A DNA stretch of 63,873 nucleotides, the filler included, from Licmophora abbreviata (taxonomy: Eukaryota), in NCBI GenBank assembly GCA_900291995.1. It is 13 parts of 13 records of this genome, joined end to end, with 100 filler letters (N's around TTAATTAATTAA, not from the genome) between each part and the next. Parts side by side here need not be neighbours in the genome. Positions count along the whole stretch, not along the records: positions 20,594 to 28,160 come from OLMU01003592.1; positions 28,261 to 38,244 come from OLMU01003593.1; 11 more parts are not named here. One strand, given 5' to 3'. Positions 24,904 to 35,702 of the stretch are shown in pieces (positions within the stretch are counted from its first letter, which is position 1; each line of letters begins with the position of its first letter). The notes beneath the pieces are model-generated. The model saw only the letters and a list, made by a program, of their open reading frames with translations, ran no database searches and was not told where the DNA came from. The translations under genes were made by a program, and so were the position numbers.

Positions 24904-27900
24904 CTATGCTCTCTTGCGGTCTCTCGACCCGCTTGGTGTGAGCTCTAGGTCCCCACTCGGACTGCTTGTTGCCCAGCTATCCAACGAACCTCGCCTTCGA
25001 GGACTCGCTCTTTTCGGAGAGCCCTTGCTTACGAGTTGCTCAAAGAGCTCATCGATGCTATTTTCGCTCGAATCGTCCATTGACAAGACGCGCGTGGGTA
25101 AAAGTTTGTCGGCCTCACCATCCGAGCTGCCTCCCGACGCTGCGGATCCATCATCTTCAGTTTCTTTCGTCCAAAAGAAGTACTTCATAACGAATACGTC
25201 GTACGAGCCAAAGCAAGTACTCACGAGGAAGATTGCCAGGAAAATCCCAGTCATCACCATGGTGAAAGGGCTCCGGTTGGCATACTGTCTAATTTTCTTC
25301 GTGTGAATAAGGAAGGGGTGCTCGCCCGTTGGAACCGGCTCGTCCAAGTCCTCGCTTCGAATGGTCCATGCTGATATGACCTGGCTCTGAGAAACGAGTT
25401 GGTCATTCTCGTAGAGTTGTTGGAATGGAGAGGGCGCCGGACGCGGATCCTCTTGCTCGATCAGCCGAAGCTCGGTAATGAGAGACGAAATGAAAGTCGG
25501 CCTTTCAATGAGATCATGGAGTTTCATAGCCTGAAGAGCTTGCGGGTATAGATCTCCTTCTGCGCATGTAGTTTTTCGACGAAAATTGGATTGCCAGAGG
25601 CGTTCACCCCATGAGGTGACCACTTGGAGCCATCTTCGTCCTGACGGCACGGGAGAAGATTTCCCGTTCTCCGCAGGCATAGCATTGTCTGAGTGAGATG
25701 CTTGCGGGTTAAAGACCGATATTTGGAACACGATGCGTGTCGACATGTTCTCCGCGGCATCCTGGAGCGTTTCTTCCGATACCCAGGGGCTGGTCATCAT
25801 GATGTCGATGTCGCCCGCCGTGAAGAGCCTACCAAACTGTTCACCACTTAGTCGCCGTATGGTATTTACAATGGCAACCGACAACCATTCCTCTGCTTTC
25901 CTCGTCCAATTAGACAGATCTGCTCCTTTCAGACCAATGATGGAGTGAACGAAGAAAGGGACAAAACAACGATCGTATTCTCCACACGCGCCCGTGTGGC
26001 AAGCACGACGTGTCCGCCTCTTCTCATGGCACAGCCCGTCGGATCGAAGCTGAGATACGACTCTCGACTGAGTACAGGATCGATCACAGGCGCTCCAGTC
26101 GTCGTCACAGCCTTCTTCTGTGTCAGTCGGTGACGTGTCGGCCGTTTCCAGGATATTTTCTCTGGCAGCAGTTGATGCAAGGGCGCAATGAAACTGGCAA
26201 GGCCTAACTTCCGTGCAAAGCCCTTCTCCGTTGCATTCAATACTCGGAGGATCGGGACCATTGTAATTTGTACCAAGAATTCCCGCTTCGGTGCACGACA
26301 TGCCTGTCTCAGTCCCCGACTGCTTGATGACGCGCGTCCATTGTTCGAAGCCTTTGAGCGTTTGGTTCTGTTTTGGGAGAAAAAGAGGAAATGTGAGCTA
26401 GTGAACAGAGTGCAGAGAAGCAAACAAGTGTACCGAAAGTTTGACCTACCGGATCTTGCTGACACTCATTCAAGTCGACACTATCGACACATGCATGCTG
26501 TAGCACGGGCATACCCAAGACGCAGTCATGCCCTACACGTTGCCGATTCAGTTCCTTGACAGAATCTGGAAATGCGTCGTCTTCGCGGTACTCGCAGGTA
26601 CTTTCGGAAAAGCCGATCTGTCCGTTCTGCCAGTCGAACACCACGTTGTGACCCTGCATGGCATTCGCACCCAAGACCCCTCCACGAGTCTCCGTAAAGT
26701 ATAGCCGGCTCGTGTATTGATTCGTGCTCGGCGAGTATTCCATGTAGTTGGTCGCAGGGATTGCGATGAGGAGATCGTGCGGTGAGGATGGGTCGAGGCG
26801 TCCCGCAAGACCAACCACGCCGTCCAGAGAACCAACAGTTGGTCCATATCTATGTGCAGACTAATGTAGTACAAAGAAAAAAAAAATATGAGCAGGCGTA
26901 TCCAGACGCGATATCACCTTCCCACTTGGGTGCAACTCTTTGTCTTACCTGACACTGAATGAGGATGGTCGGGAGCTGTGAAAGCTGAGCTGATGTTAAG
27001 GTAATACCGCTGTGTGTATATTCCTTTCCAGTCACTTGCTTCCAAACGGAAATGAAGCTCTTGGCGAGATTCTTGTGCAAATATGTGTCTGTCGTTCCAG
27101 AATCGACAATGACACCTTTTCCACTATTGACGACGGTCAAATCAAGAGGTATCTTGAGGATGTGTTGATCCTGTTCCGGAATATTGGTAGCGCTCTGACC
27201 GCCGTTGCTGCGAATGAAAATATTCTTGACAAATACCGTGAACCATCCGGACGACGCAATGTTCCTCGCATACACCATGGGACTTCTGTCCAACCGACTG
27301 TCGACACCGCCTAACGTCATGAATCCTGCCGTGACACCGCGTTTGCTCGTGGCGAGTTCGCGTCGAAAACACAATGAGAACATGTTGTGTTCCAATCTCC
27401 CGGCGTCATACATTTGCTTGGGCAAGGTGAAGTCGTGCGCAGACATGCCCATGATTCCGTCAGCCAGTTGCGTGACAAAGAGACCAGTCTCGGCAGTCTG
27501 ACATCCAAACAAGAAAGGGACAGAAAACTGCTGACTAGCCGAGTCTGCTGACGCCAGTACGTTGTTCCCTCCACAGTAAAACATGTCTTGCGCTTGAAAG
27601 GCGTCCCAACTACTTCCTTCCGTATAACTCTGACTGAAGAGGCATTGATCGCGATGACACGACGCGCCGAGCTTGCACTCAGTGCAAGGCAAAGATCGGA
27701 ACGTGTTGCTTCTGGAGAAGTCGTAGTACGGGTCCGTGTGATGCTCTTCTCCGCAGCCCTTGCAGCCTCTGCAAGGAAAAGCAGTGTAGTGCGAGCCTGT
27801 GTCAACAATCACCGACTTGCGCTGTGGTATCGGCGAGCCCACCCACACGTGCGCATAGTGTGTCCCATAGCCTTGGCTCAATGGCGCTGCTTGGTAGGGA

Positions 27901-28510
27901 TCATGCGGCTTCAAATTTTTCCGAAGGCGCCGTCGGGAGCGATCATTGTCGCTTTCTGTAGCAGACGTGCCATTGAATTCACCGTGAGCAATGTCTGAAT
28001 CCAGGCGATAGAATCCGTCCCAGTCGGAATCGAGAGTCAAGTCGTTTTCTAGTCGATGTTGAAGCTCATAGCGTGATAAATGTCGATGAATATGAAAATC
28101 TTCCAGGGCTCGACGGTGGTGACGCGGGACGGTATCGTCCTGTAGATTCTCGGCCTTGGGNNNNNNNNNNNNNNNNNNNNNNNNNNNNNNNNNNNNNNNN
28201 NNNNTTAATTAATTAANNNNNNNNNNNNNNNNNNNNNNNNNNNNNNNNNNNNNNNNNNNNGTGTTGCGTACACTGCATTAGTGCTCGAATCGAACCAGGA
28301 CTCCGGCAGCTCTCTCAGATCTCTCCGTCGATCTTCATCGAATCTTAGCTGTGCCGATGGATGCATTTCAAAGGACATTGGTTTTTGAACGCGATCAGTC
28401 AAAGCGGAACTTTGCAAGAACAGAGTAGAAAATAGAAGTATCCCGACAGCATCCTGGATTCGCCGTCGTCTCATTGTCGACCTTCTCTGCTTTGTTTTAC
28501 TCCTGCTCAT
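24904..28510 (-). CDS. Membrane-anchored A1 aspartic protease (plasmepsin V / ASP5-like) with TSP1-like module, multi-exon, spans a gap
   Basis: Catalytic DTGS and DSGT motifs, Cys-rich FPCRGCKGCG insert, VLGANAMQGHNVVFD, WSACDRSC...RRAC, C-terminal TM FTMVMTGIFLAIFLVSTCF. Confidence 0.85.
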
Positions 28511-28990
28511 TCGCCCCAGTAACCGAAAGAGTGATAATAGGTCAAAGGTGAAGTACCCCAGTCGTCGCGTGAAGCTCTGCCTCTGATCGGGATTCATGCC
28601 GCGACATCCCATTGTAAATTTCGTGACCCGCGCTTTCCGAATTTTTGGAAAGCGACGAGATGAACGGGAGTCATTTTTGACATCAGCCACAAAAAATTCG
28701 CGCACCTCTGCCACATAAGTAGATGGCGTCACGCCGGACATTCTTTTGTCGACTGACTCGACTGACTCACTCATCACTCGACTTCACTCGCGACTGAAGG
28801 TCTGTCTTTGTCGGGACTAGTCATTGTTCCCAGGCGACGATAAGGCTTCAGCGAGATTGTTTACTCACTAGCTAGATCTACTAGTCACCTCGCGTCGTTT
28901 CAACAATCGACAAACCGATACCTGTCCCAGTACGGTAGGTCGGTGATCCAAAACAGTTTGCGACTTATAACGTAAGGCCATAACTTATTA

Positions 28991-30409
28991 CTAGTATGTT
29001 TTTGCAGCTACTCGCTCTGCCATGACGATATCATCCGCCGCGGGCCCACGCCATCCCATGTGATCCACCGCGTGCTCCCGCAAAAATGACATGAGAAAAT
29101 CAGCATCGCCTCTTCGATTACCATCAGTAGCCTCAACATTCGTGAGATAGTGTTGCACCATCGATTGAAAGAATCGCATCTGTCTTGTTTCATTCTCTTC
29201 GTCAGGTAGTGTCAGTTGTGTGGTAAGATAATTGTGCGGTGGTCTTGTTAGACCGCTTCCGTACCCGTACAGCCCCCCATACGACTCGGTGGGGGTGTAT
29301 GGTTGTTGATATGCAGCTTGTCCACTCAGAGGAGGTGGGTGGATTGCATTTCCTTGAAAAGCCAGTGGACACTTCTCGGGACTATCATCCATCAGCAAAG
29401 TGTTTGACGCATCCCACAACGGAAAGTCTCTCCATACCTTGTCCAAGGACTTTATGAAGACAATATCTGCTGGATGATCTTCCGGATTGAGCTTGTCGCA
29501 TCTGTTTTGCGACCAAACAAACAAGAGACGTTCGGAAATAGGAGGTGGCATCAACAGTGAAATCAAACGCTTGGCGGTACTAGCCTTGGCTGATGTCCAG
29601 ACTGCCAACGTAAAGTGGGCGTCGAGAAAGGTCAAGAATGACACGAGATGCATCCTCGGCACGACGGGCGTGTTGGCAATAGTGGCAGCGGCAGGTCGAT
29701 ACGGAGCATTTGGAACTCGCGCATGCTTCCGTATCCGATGACAGAGAATGCCATTGAGATCGAGAACCAAGAGGGGTTGGACGTAAATGGTGGGATCAAC
29801 GAAGAGAGAAGGCTCACCGTCATCGGAAGGATGATGTAGAGGAAGACACGTCGTCGTGACGGCAAGAGGGGCAGAATTGTTGTGAACATCCGTTTGCTCG
29901 GTCCCTTGTTCACTATCCTTCGGACGAATCATGGTCGTCACTCGCACGGATCCAGTACGAAAGGCTTTGTCAGCACATACAAGTTGGCGATGAAGCGGAC
30001 TCAAGGGTAGGGCAGCAGTAGTAGTCTGTTTCTTCTTGGCCGCAGGTCGCTTTCGTTGGGCGTGCTTTATCGGACGACTGGCGATTGGTGCGACGCTTGT
30101 TTCATTGCTTTCTGACTTTCCGGCATTCATTTCACGTTTCTGCTGTCGAGACCACCGAGGCTTTCGGACACGGCCACCGTCGAGACTGTTGGAGTAGTAG
30201 GATGCTGTCGGTTTTGGCCCGTGCACAGCAACGGGGTTGGTTCTAGAAATAGAAGCTAGTGTAGTAGTCTCGCCCGGCGCGCCACCATTCTGGGTCTGTG
30301 GTGTTGTTGTTTCATCATTCATGATGACTTCACTTGAGGAAGGACGATCTGTAGTAAGAAAGGTCGTACGAGGAAGCAAACGGACCGATCGGCGGGTCAG
30401 TAATGACAT
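28991..30409 (-). CDS. FCP1/NIF-family HAD phosphatase-like protein
   Basis: LLVLDLNGILCHR, AVWTSA, LLFVWSQNRC, KSLDKVW, NTLLMDDSPEK; start uncertain. Confidence 0.85.
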   Translation of the reverse strand: MSLLTRRSVRLLPRTTFLTTDRPSSSEVIMNDETTTPQTQNGGAPGETTTLASISRTNPVAVHGPKPTASYYSNSLDGGRVRKPRWSRQQKREMNAGKSESNETSVAPIASRPIKHAQRKRPAAKKKQTTTAALPLSPLHRQLVCADKAFRTGSVRVTTMIRPKDSEQGTEQTDVHNNSAPLAVTTTCLPLHHPSDDGEPSLFVDPTIYVQPLLVLDLNGILCHRIRKHARVPNAPYRPAAATIANTPVVPRMHLVSFLTFLDAHFTLAVWTSAKASTAKRLISLLMPPPISERLLFVWSQNRCDKLNPEDHPADIVFIKSLDKVWRDFPLWDASNTLLMDDSPEKCPLAFQGNAIHPPPLSGQAAYQQPYTPTESYGGLYGYGSGLTRPPHNYLTTQLTLPDEENETRQMRFFQSMVQHYLTNVEATDGNRRGDADFLMSFLREHAVDHMGWRGPAADDIVMAERVAAKTY

Positions 30410-30599
30410 GCTGATGCTGTCGTCGTCGTCGCCGCCTTGTTGTTGTCCATCGTCATGGTGTCTTGTGCGTTGTGCGGTCACAACAAGGCGAGCGATATGC
30501 GCGGAGGTGCGCGCGCGCCACTTGCTAGTTTGGCATCAACCCACACACCCAACATACGAGTAATCGTATGGGATGCTAGACTGTCGTAGAGAGTTCACC

Positions 30600-31778
30600 A
30601 TGAATAACGAAAATGCTGCCACAACAACATCACTGTTCGACAAGAGACGACACATTCGTTACTTTTCCTACTGTTTGAAACAGCTTCCCAGCGCCTACGA
30701 CAAACTCGATACGAATCGACTGACCCTGGTGCACTTTTGCGTTCAAGCGCTCGATGTCTTGGGGTGCGTGGACACAGTCGATAAGGAGGCAATATTGGAG
30801 TGGATGGAACGAAAATTGCGGGTGAAACATGGATACCTCGGCGGGACCTTTCTTGGTGATTGGAATGCTTCTACGACGACGACATCATCATCCTTATCCG
30901 CAGGAATACCAATGAAACATCCCTACCTACAACCGCACATTGCCATGACTTACACGGCTCTATGCATTCACGTGACACTCACGGGCGAGCTTCCACCCTC
31001 CCTGGACGCCAACGCGGTCACAGAGCATCTGGCCGCTCTCCAGTCCTCGGACGGCAGTTTTCGGTGCGTTGCGGATGGAAGCGAACACGACATGCGCTTT
31101 CTGTACTGTGCGTGTTGTATATCGTACATATTGAATGATTGGAGGGGAGTCGATACGTCAAGGGCGGTTCGGTTTATTCAGTCGTGTCGATCGTTCGATG
31201 GTGCCATCGCACTCATACCTGGCCAAGAAGGACACGGCGGAAGTACCTTTTGTGGAGTGGCATCGCTAGTACTCATGGGCGAGTTGGAGAATGTCATGTG
31301 CACCAATACGATAAATCCTACTACTACTCATAGTACCACTACTGGCGGCGAAAATGAATGCTGGAAGAATGCCTTGGTACGCTGGTGTGTCCATCGACAA
31401 GTCGGCGGTATGCAGGGGCGCCCCAACAAGTTGGAAGATACGTGCTATTCCTATTGGATTGGGGGGACGTTGCGGCTATTGGGACGTGATGACTTGTTGG
31501 ATGGCGCCAAGCTGCGTGCGTACATACTCACCTGTCAGTCGGCACAGTACGGTGGATTCGGAAAGGTCCTCCATGCCTTTCCAGATGTTCTACATTCGTT
31601 TTATTCACTTGCTTGGCTGACTTTGTCATCCGATACTGCTGCTGCTGCGAGCAACACTATGGATGACGACGAGCAAGGTGGTGGTGACGGTTTGGGCCTG
31701 CGGAAGTTGAATTGTACGCTCGGGATTTGTCAAGAACGAGCGGATGTGTTTATCGGTGCCGATGGAAAGCTGCCGTAA
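30600..31778 (+). CDS. PGGT1B: Geranylgeranyltransferase type-I beta subunit
   Basis: DTNRLTLVHF, HIAMTYTAL, EHDMRFLYCA, EGHGGSTFCGVASL, QGRPNKLEDTCYSYWIG, PDVLHSF. Confidence 0.92.
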   Translation: MNNENAATTTSLFDKRRHIRYFSYCLKQLPSAYDKLDTNRLTLVHFCVQALDVLGCVDTVDKEAILEWMERKLRVKHGYLGGTFLGDWNASTTTTSSSLSAGIPMKHPYLQPHIAMTYTALCIHVTLTGELPPSLDANAVTEHLAALQSSDGSFRCVADGSEHDMRFLYCACCISYILNDWRGVDTSRAVRFIQSCRSFDGAIALIPGQEGHGGSTFCGVASLVLMGELENVMCTNTINPTTTHSTTTGGENECWKNALVRWCVHRQVGGMQGRPNKLEDTCYSYWIGGTLRLLGRDDLLDGAKLRAYILTCQSAQYGGFGKVLHAFPDVLHSFYSLAWLTLSSDTAAAASNTMDDDEQGGGDGLGLRKLNCTLGICQERADVFIGADGKLP

Positions 31779-31935
31779 TCGTTTCGACTAGTGGCCTATG
31801 CTAGCTGTAGGCTTATTCGGTATGTATGTAGTATAGTACAGTCTTGAGAGAAAGGTATGAACCAATGTGTTACGTTTGCTAATGGTGTGTGTTCAACCAC
31901 CAAGAAGAAGTATGTTGCATCCATATATTCAAGCG

Positions 31936-33405
31936 CTATGGAAGAGCCAACTCGGTTGCCACCATGATGACAATCCCACTCACTGTTCCGACAGCCATGG
32001 GTCCTTTCTTCGACTCGCCAGTGGTCGTGGACGTGGTGTGCCGATTCGCTTCTGGAAATAGTTCGTACAGTGCCACCATGATCATGATGCCTGCCACGAA
32101 TGCCAAGACATTTTCCATGCTCAACCATTGCGTCGTTGTTGTCGTAGATGACTTGACGTTCCGTAGAAACAAGACGGCGACAAGCGCTCCGAGAGGTTCG
32201 GCAAGTCCTGATGCACTCGCAAGTAAGAACGCCAACCACGGTTGATCTGGTCGCGCTGCGAGACACGGCACGGCAATGGCGATACCTTCCGGAATATTAT
32301 GAATCATGATGCCAATCGTTACTGCAATACCGAGCGTGTCACTTTCCAATGCCGATGCTGCCACCGCGAGGCCTTCGGGGAAGTTATGACACAGAAGCGA
32401 TACGAAGAGGAGCATGGCAACGCGCCAGGCGCGGCGTTGCGTGTGAGTTTCGAGATCGGCACCGGAAGACCAGCGAGAGAACAGAGATGAAAACGTCGTC
32501 GTAGTTGTAGGTGTCGTCTTGTTGTCGTCGCTCTTGTGATACGAAATGTCTGTAGAAGTAGTAGTGTTACTATGCGTGGAGGATTGAATGTCAGAAGCAG
32601 AGTGTTGAGCAGACAAGAACTTTTGTTGTTGTTGTTGCTGCTTCGCTGCCAGTACATCGGACGACGACGGCGAGGTCGTGTTCGATTCCAAGTCGTCCAT
32701 CCCGGGCCTAATCTTATCAGAACCAGCAAGAGCGGCAGTGTTCAATGAAGACCCCTTACTTCGACGCAAGTATGCTTTGCTGTTGTTGTTGTTGTTGCTG
32801 CTGCTGCTAGGATCGGCATGTCGTGAGACGTCCAAGTCATGTAGAAATGTGCTCGATGGCGTTGTTGTGTTGTCTAGTAGAGGCAGCGATGCTCGTTGTT
32901 GTCGTTGTTGTTGTTTTTGTGGATCGGATTGATCTGACGGTGAAGCCATCATCTTTGCTTCCGAAAGTATAATCTCATTCGGTTCGGGAAATGCAAAGAA
33001 GCTTAGTGCAAAATAGAGGACACAGCCCAGCCCGAAACTGAGCAATCGCTGCACAAAGACCCAGGACCACACCGACATCCATTGCACGTCGTCCGAAGGT
33101 CTGTCGTGAGTCGCCGGGTCTTGCAAGCATTCAGGACCAATGGAAATGACGCTGACGGTAATCATGACACTCGCCGCGAGCGCAAGGGAAAAGCTCATGG
33201 TTCCCTCTCCGACGGTCCGCTGGTTGGTAGTGGCATCACGGGGGTGCAGGAAGACGACAGCGGCTCCGAGGCAGGTGCTGGCACCGGCTAGGCAGGATAG
33301 GACGAGAGGCGTAGTCCACTGATCCTCACTAGAGCCTTGGCCAAAACCTGTAAGGAGAGAGTGCAGCAGGGACACCGACGGGGGTGCTGATACCATGCTT
33401 GTCAT
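31936..33405 (-). CDS. ZIP-family (ZupT/GufA-like) metal transporter
   Basis: LAGASTCLG, HNFPEGLAV, HNIPEGIAIA, SGLAEPLGA, VAGIMIMVALYELFP; long low-complexity loop. Confidence 0.92.
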   Translation of the reverse strand: MTSMVSAPPSVSLLHSLLTGFGQGSSEDQWTTPLVLSCLAGASTCLGAAVVFLHPRDATTNQRTVGEGTMSFSLALAASVMITVSVISIGPECLQDPATHDRPSDDVQWMSVWSWVFVQRLLSFGLGCVLYFALSFFAFPEPNEIILSEAKMMASPSDQSDPQKQQQRQQRASLPLLDNTTTPSSTFLHDLDVSRHADPSSSSNNNNNSKAYLRRSKGSSLNTAALAGSDKIRPGMDDLESNTTSPSSSDVLAAKQQQQQQKFLSAQHSASDIQSSTHSNTTTSTDISYHKSDDNKTTPTTTTTFSSLFSRWSSGADLETHTQRRAWRVAMLLFVSLLCHNFPEGLAVAASALESDTLGIAVTIGIMIHNIPEGIAIAVPCLAARPDQPWLAFLLASASGLAEPLGALVAVLFLRNVKSSTTTTTQWLSMENVLAFVAGIMIMVALYELFPEANRHTTSTTTGESKKGPMAVGTVSGIVIMVATELALP

Positions 33406-33994
33406 TTGAATGTCGGCCGTCTTGATCGGCGTGAGATGCGTACCTCCCGTGTACCGCGGTACTTCTCTCAGAAATTGACTTGGGAGAAACTGACGCATAC
33501 ACTCGCATGTGCGGTAGCAAGAGGGCGCGTACAGAGGATACTTCTGAGACTACCAGTATAGTGCGCCGACAACGAGATCAGTTACAGCAGGTTGAGATGA
33601 AAAGTGATGACCGCGACAAATCTTTTTCATCGATGAGCGCGATGACGCGACGCGCGACGCCGCGCAGCACACACGACAGATGACAACAACGGATGAAGGA
33701 TCTTCCCTGTTTGTCAGCTCGCAGCTAGCTGGCATTGCCCACGCAAGCACAACAGCAGGTAGGATCCCTTCTATCGTGAAGTATTTGTTTGCTCATTTTG
33801 ACACTCGAGTAGTTTGATGGGAACGAAAACCAAAGGCTCGAATCGATTTTGGTGATGGCTTTTTGTATCGCCACGCAGACCGGCACTCAGTGACATTTTA
33901 CGCTCATCGTTTCAAATACACGTTCGCGCCATCACCACAGGACAACATAACACTAAAAGCAAGAGAGTCGACTCAACGAGCCACGAAGAAAAAC

Positions 33995-35605
33995 ATGTCA
34001 TCCCGCTCCCTTCTACCGCTTCTTCTTGTGAGTGCATTTACTGATGTGTCACTTGGCTTTCTTCCAGTTCACCATGGTGCTAGTGCTATTAGCGGCAGGA
34101 CACTACGACGGCAACAACAACAACGACGACCCAGATCAATCATTGACCGTCGTAAACGTCGCTCGGGCAGTTGTACACGCTGGTCTGTGAAACGGTGCTC
34201 TTCCAAGACTGCATTATCCTCTTCTCTACTCTCCCTGATGACGCCTATTGCCAAGAACCCATCATTCCGGGCCGCCGCGGCATTGCTTGTATCCGCTTCT
34301 GCTGGCTTTCTCACGGACACTCGCTTGTCCAATAAGTTTGGAATCCTGACAACATTAGTCACAGCGGCAACCTTGTCCAATATGGGATGGGTTCCATCGG
34401 TACATCCCTACTACGATGTGTGCTGGTCGTGGTTTCTACCCGCCTCGCTGGCACTCTTGCTCTTGTCATTCCGAACGCCAAATGTGACCACACCCCCGCA
34501 CAATGCGGATCAAACCACCGACAATCACAACGATACTGTATCCATAGCTGTCCGAGCTGTATCACTTCCTTTTGCCATTGCATCCATTGGCTCATTTCTC
34601 GGCTGTGCCTTGTCGTTCTTTGTGTGCAAGTGGAGGCCGCAGTTGTGGTTGCCTCCCACGGACGCTGCCATTGCTGCAGGATGTCTCTGTGCGAGCTACA
34701 TTGGAGGAAGCGTCAACTTTTTTCACGCCGCAACTGTCCTGAGTCGAAGTAGTAGTTCCACTGCTTCTAGCAGTACTCATCAAACGGGCAATACTCCTTC
34801 TCTACTGTCCTCCATGGCAGCCGCAGATTTGATCGTCATGGCAATCTACTTCGCCTTTTTGACGTCAACAGTCAATTCACGGTGGCTTCAGAGGTTGTTT
34901 GACAAGGAGAAGACGATTGGCACTTCAAATCTTACTTTATCTTCTAACGCGGCAACATGGAGTGATACACCAATCGAAGAATCGTCGACCAAGAATATTG
35001 CTGATGTCGATACAACACGCGCTGCTTCCTTTTTGGCGCGACGTGGAGCTGCGCTTTCTCTCGCTGTCGCGCTTGTAGCGGGGATTGTTGTTATCTCGAA
35101 CCGAGTGGAGGCGACACTGGCACACGTTGTACCAGGTACTGGATGCGCGGCGATTGCTTTGATGGCTAGTTTCCTCCCATGGTGGATACCGTCGTCGAAT
35201 GCGCTCTGGACAGATATGCAACGAGTTGGGGCTCCTCTATCTCAGTTTTCTTTTCTGCTACTCTTTTCCTCCGTTGGAGTATCGGCCAATATCGGCCAGG
35301 CATTGCAAACAGGCCCGGCGTGCCTGTGTTTTTCAATGCTTGCACTCTGCATCCACGTTTTTACAACATTGGTGGGCTCGGTGCTGGTACGACCATGGAA
35401 CCCGTGCATGCGACTGGAAGACGTGTTCGTGGCATCCAACGCAGCCATTGGTGGGCCTGCGACGGCGGCAGCCTTTGCCGGCACACTGAGTGGGCGGCGG
35501 CATCGTGGCTGGATCGTAGCAGCGACCGTGTGGGGCGTCGTTGGGTATGCAATTGCAACAGGTGTCGGGGTTGCTCAAACTCGTCTGCTTCAAGGTTTTC
35601 TATAG
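33995..35605 (+). CDS. DUF819-family multi-pass membrane protein, plastid-type presequence
   Basis: ASYIGGSVNF, ASNAAIGGPATAAAFA, GVVGYAIAT; signal peptide ending SLG-FLPV. Confidence 0.8.
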   Translation: MSSRSLLPLLLVSAFTDVSLGFLPVHHGASAISGRTLRRQQQQRRPRSIIDRRKRRSGSCTRWSVKRCSSKTALSSSLLSLMTPIAKNPSFRAAAALLVSASAGFLTDTRLSNKFGILTTLVTAATLSNMGWVPSVHPYYDVCWSWFLPASLALLLLSFRTPNVTTPPHNADQTTDNHNDTVSIAVRAVSLPFAIASIGSFLGCALSFFVCKWRPQLWLPPTDAAIAAGCLCASYIGGSVNFFHAATVLSRSSSSTASSSTHQTGNTPSLLSSMAAADLIVMAIYFAFLTSTVNSRWLQRLFDKEKTIGTSNLTLSSNAATWSDTPIEESSTKNIADVDTTRAASFLARRGAALSLAVALVAGIVVISNRVEATLAHVVPGTGCAAIALMASFLPWWIPSSNALWTDMQRVGAPLSQFSFLLLFSSVGVSANIGQALQTGPACLCFSMLALCIHVFTTLVGSVLVRPWNPCMRLEDVFVASNAAIGGPATAAAFAGTLSGRRHRGWIVAATVWGVVGYAIATGVGVAQTRLLQGFL

Positions 35606-35702
35606 GGATATCTTATCCCGTAGCCACTCTGAGAAACTTGTACAGAACAAAAAGCAACGCTTAAACAGCAAGGCATACTAGCTACGGTGGTACCCATTTA
35701 GT

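Noticed and set aside
32620..32920. (TGT)n / (TGC)n microsatellites
   Set aside because: Ordinary poly-Gln/Asn/Ser coding tracts in the ZIP transporter loop.
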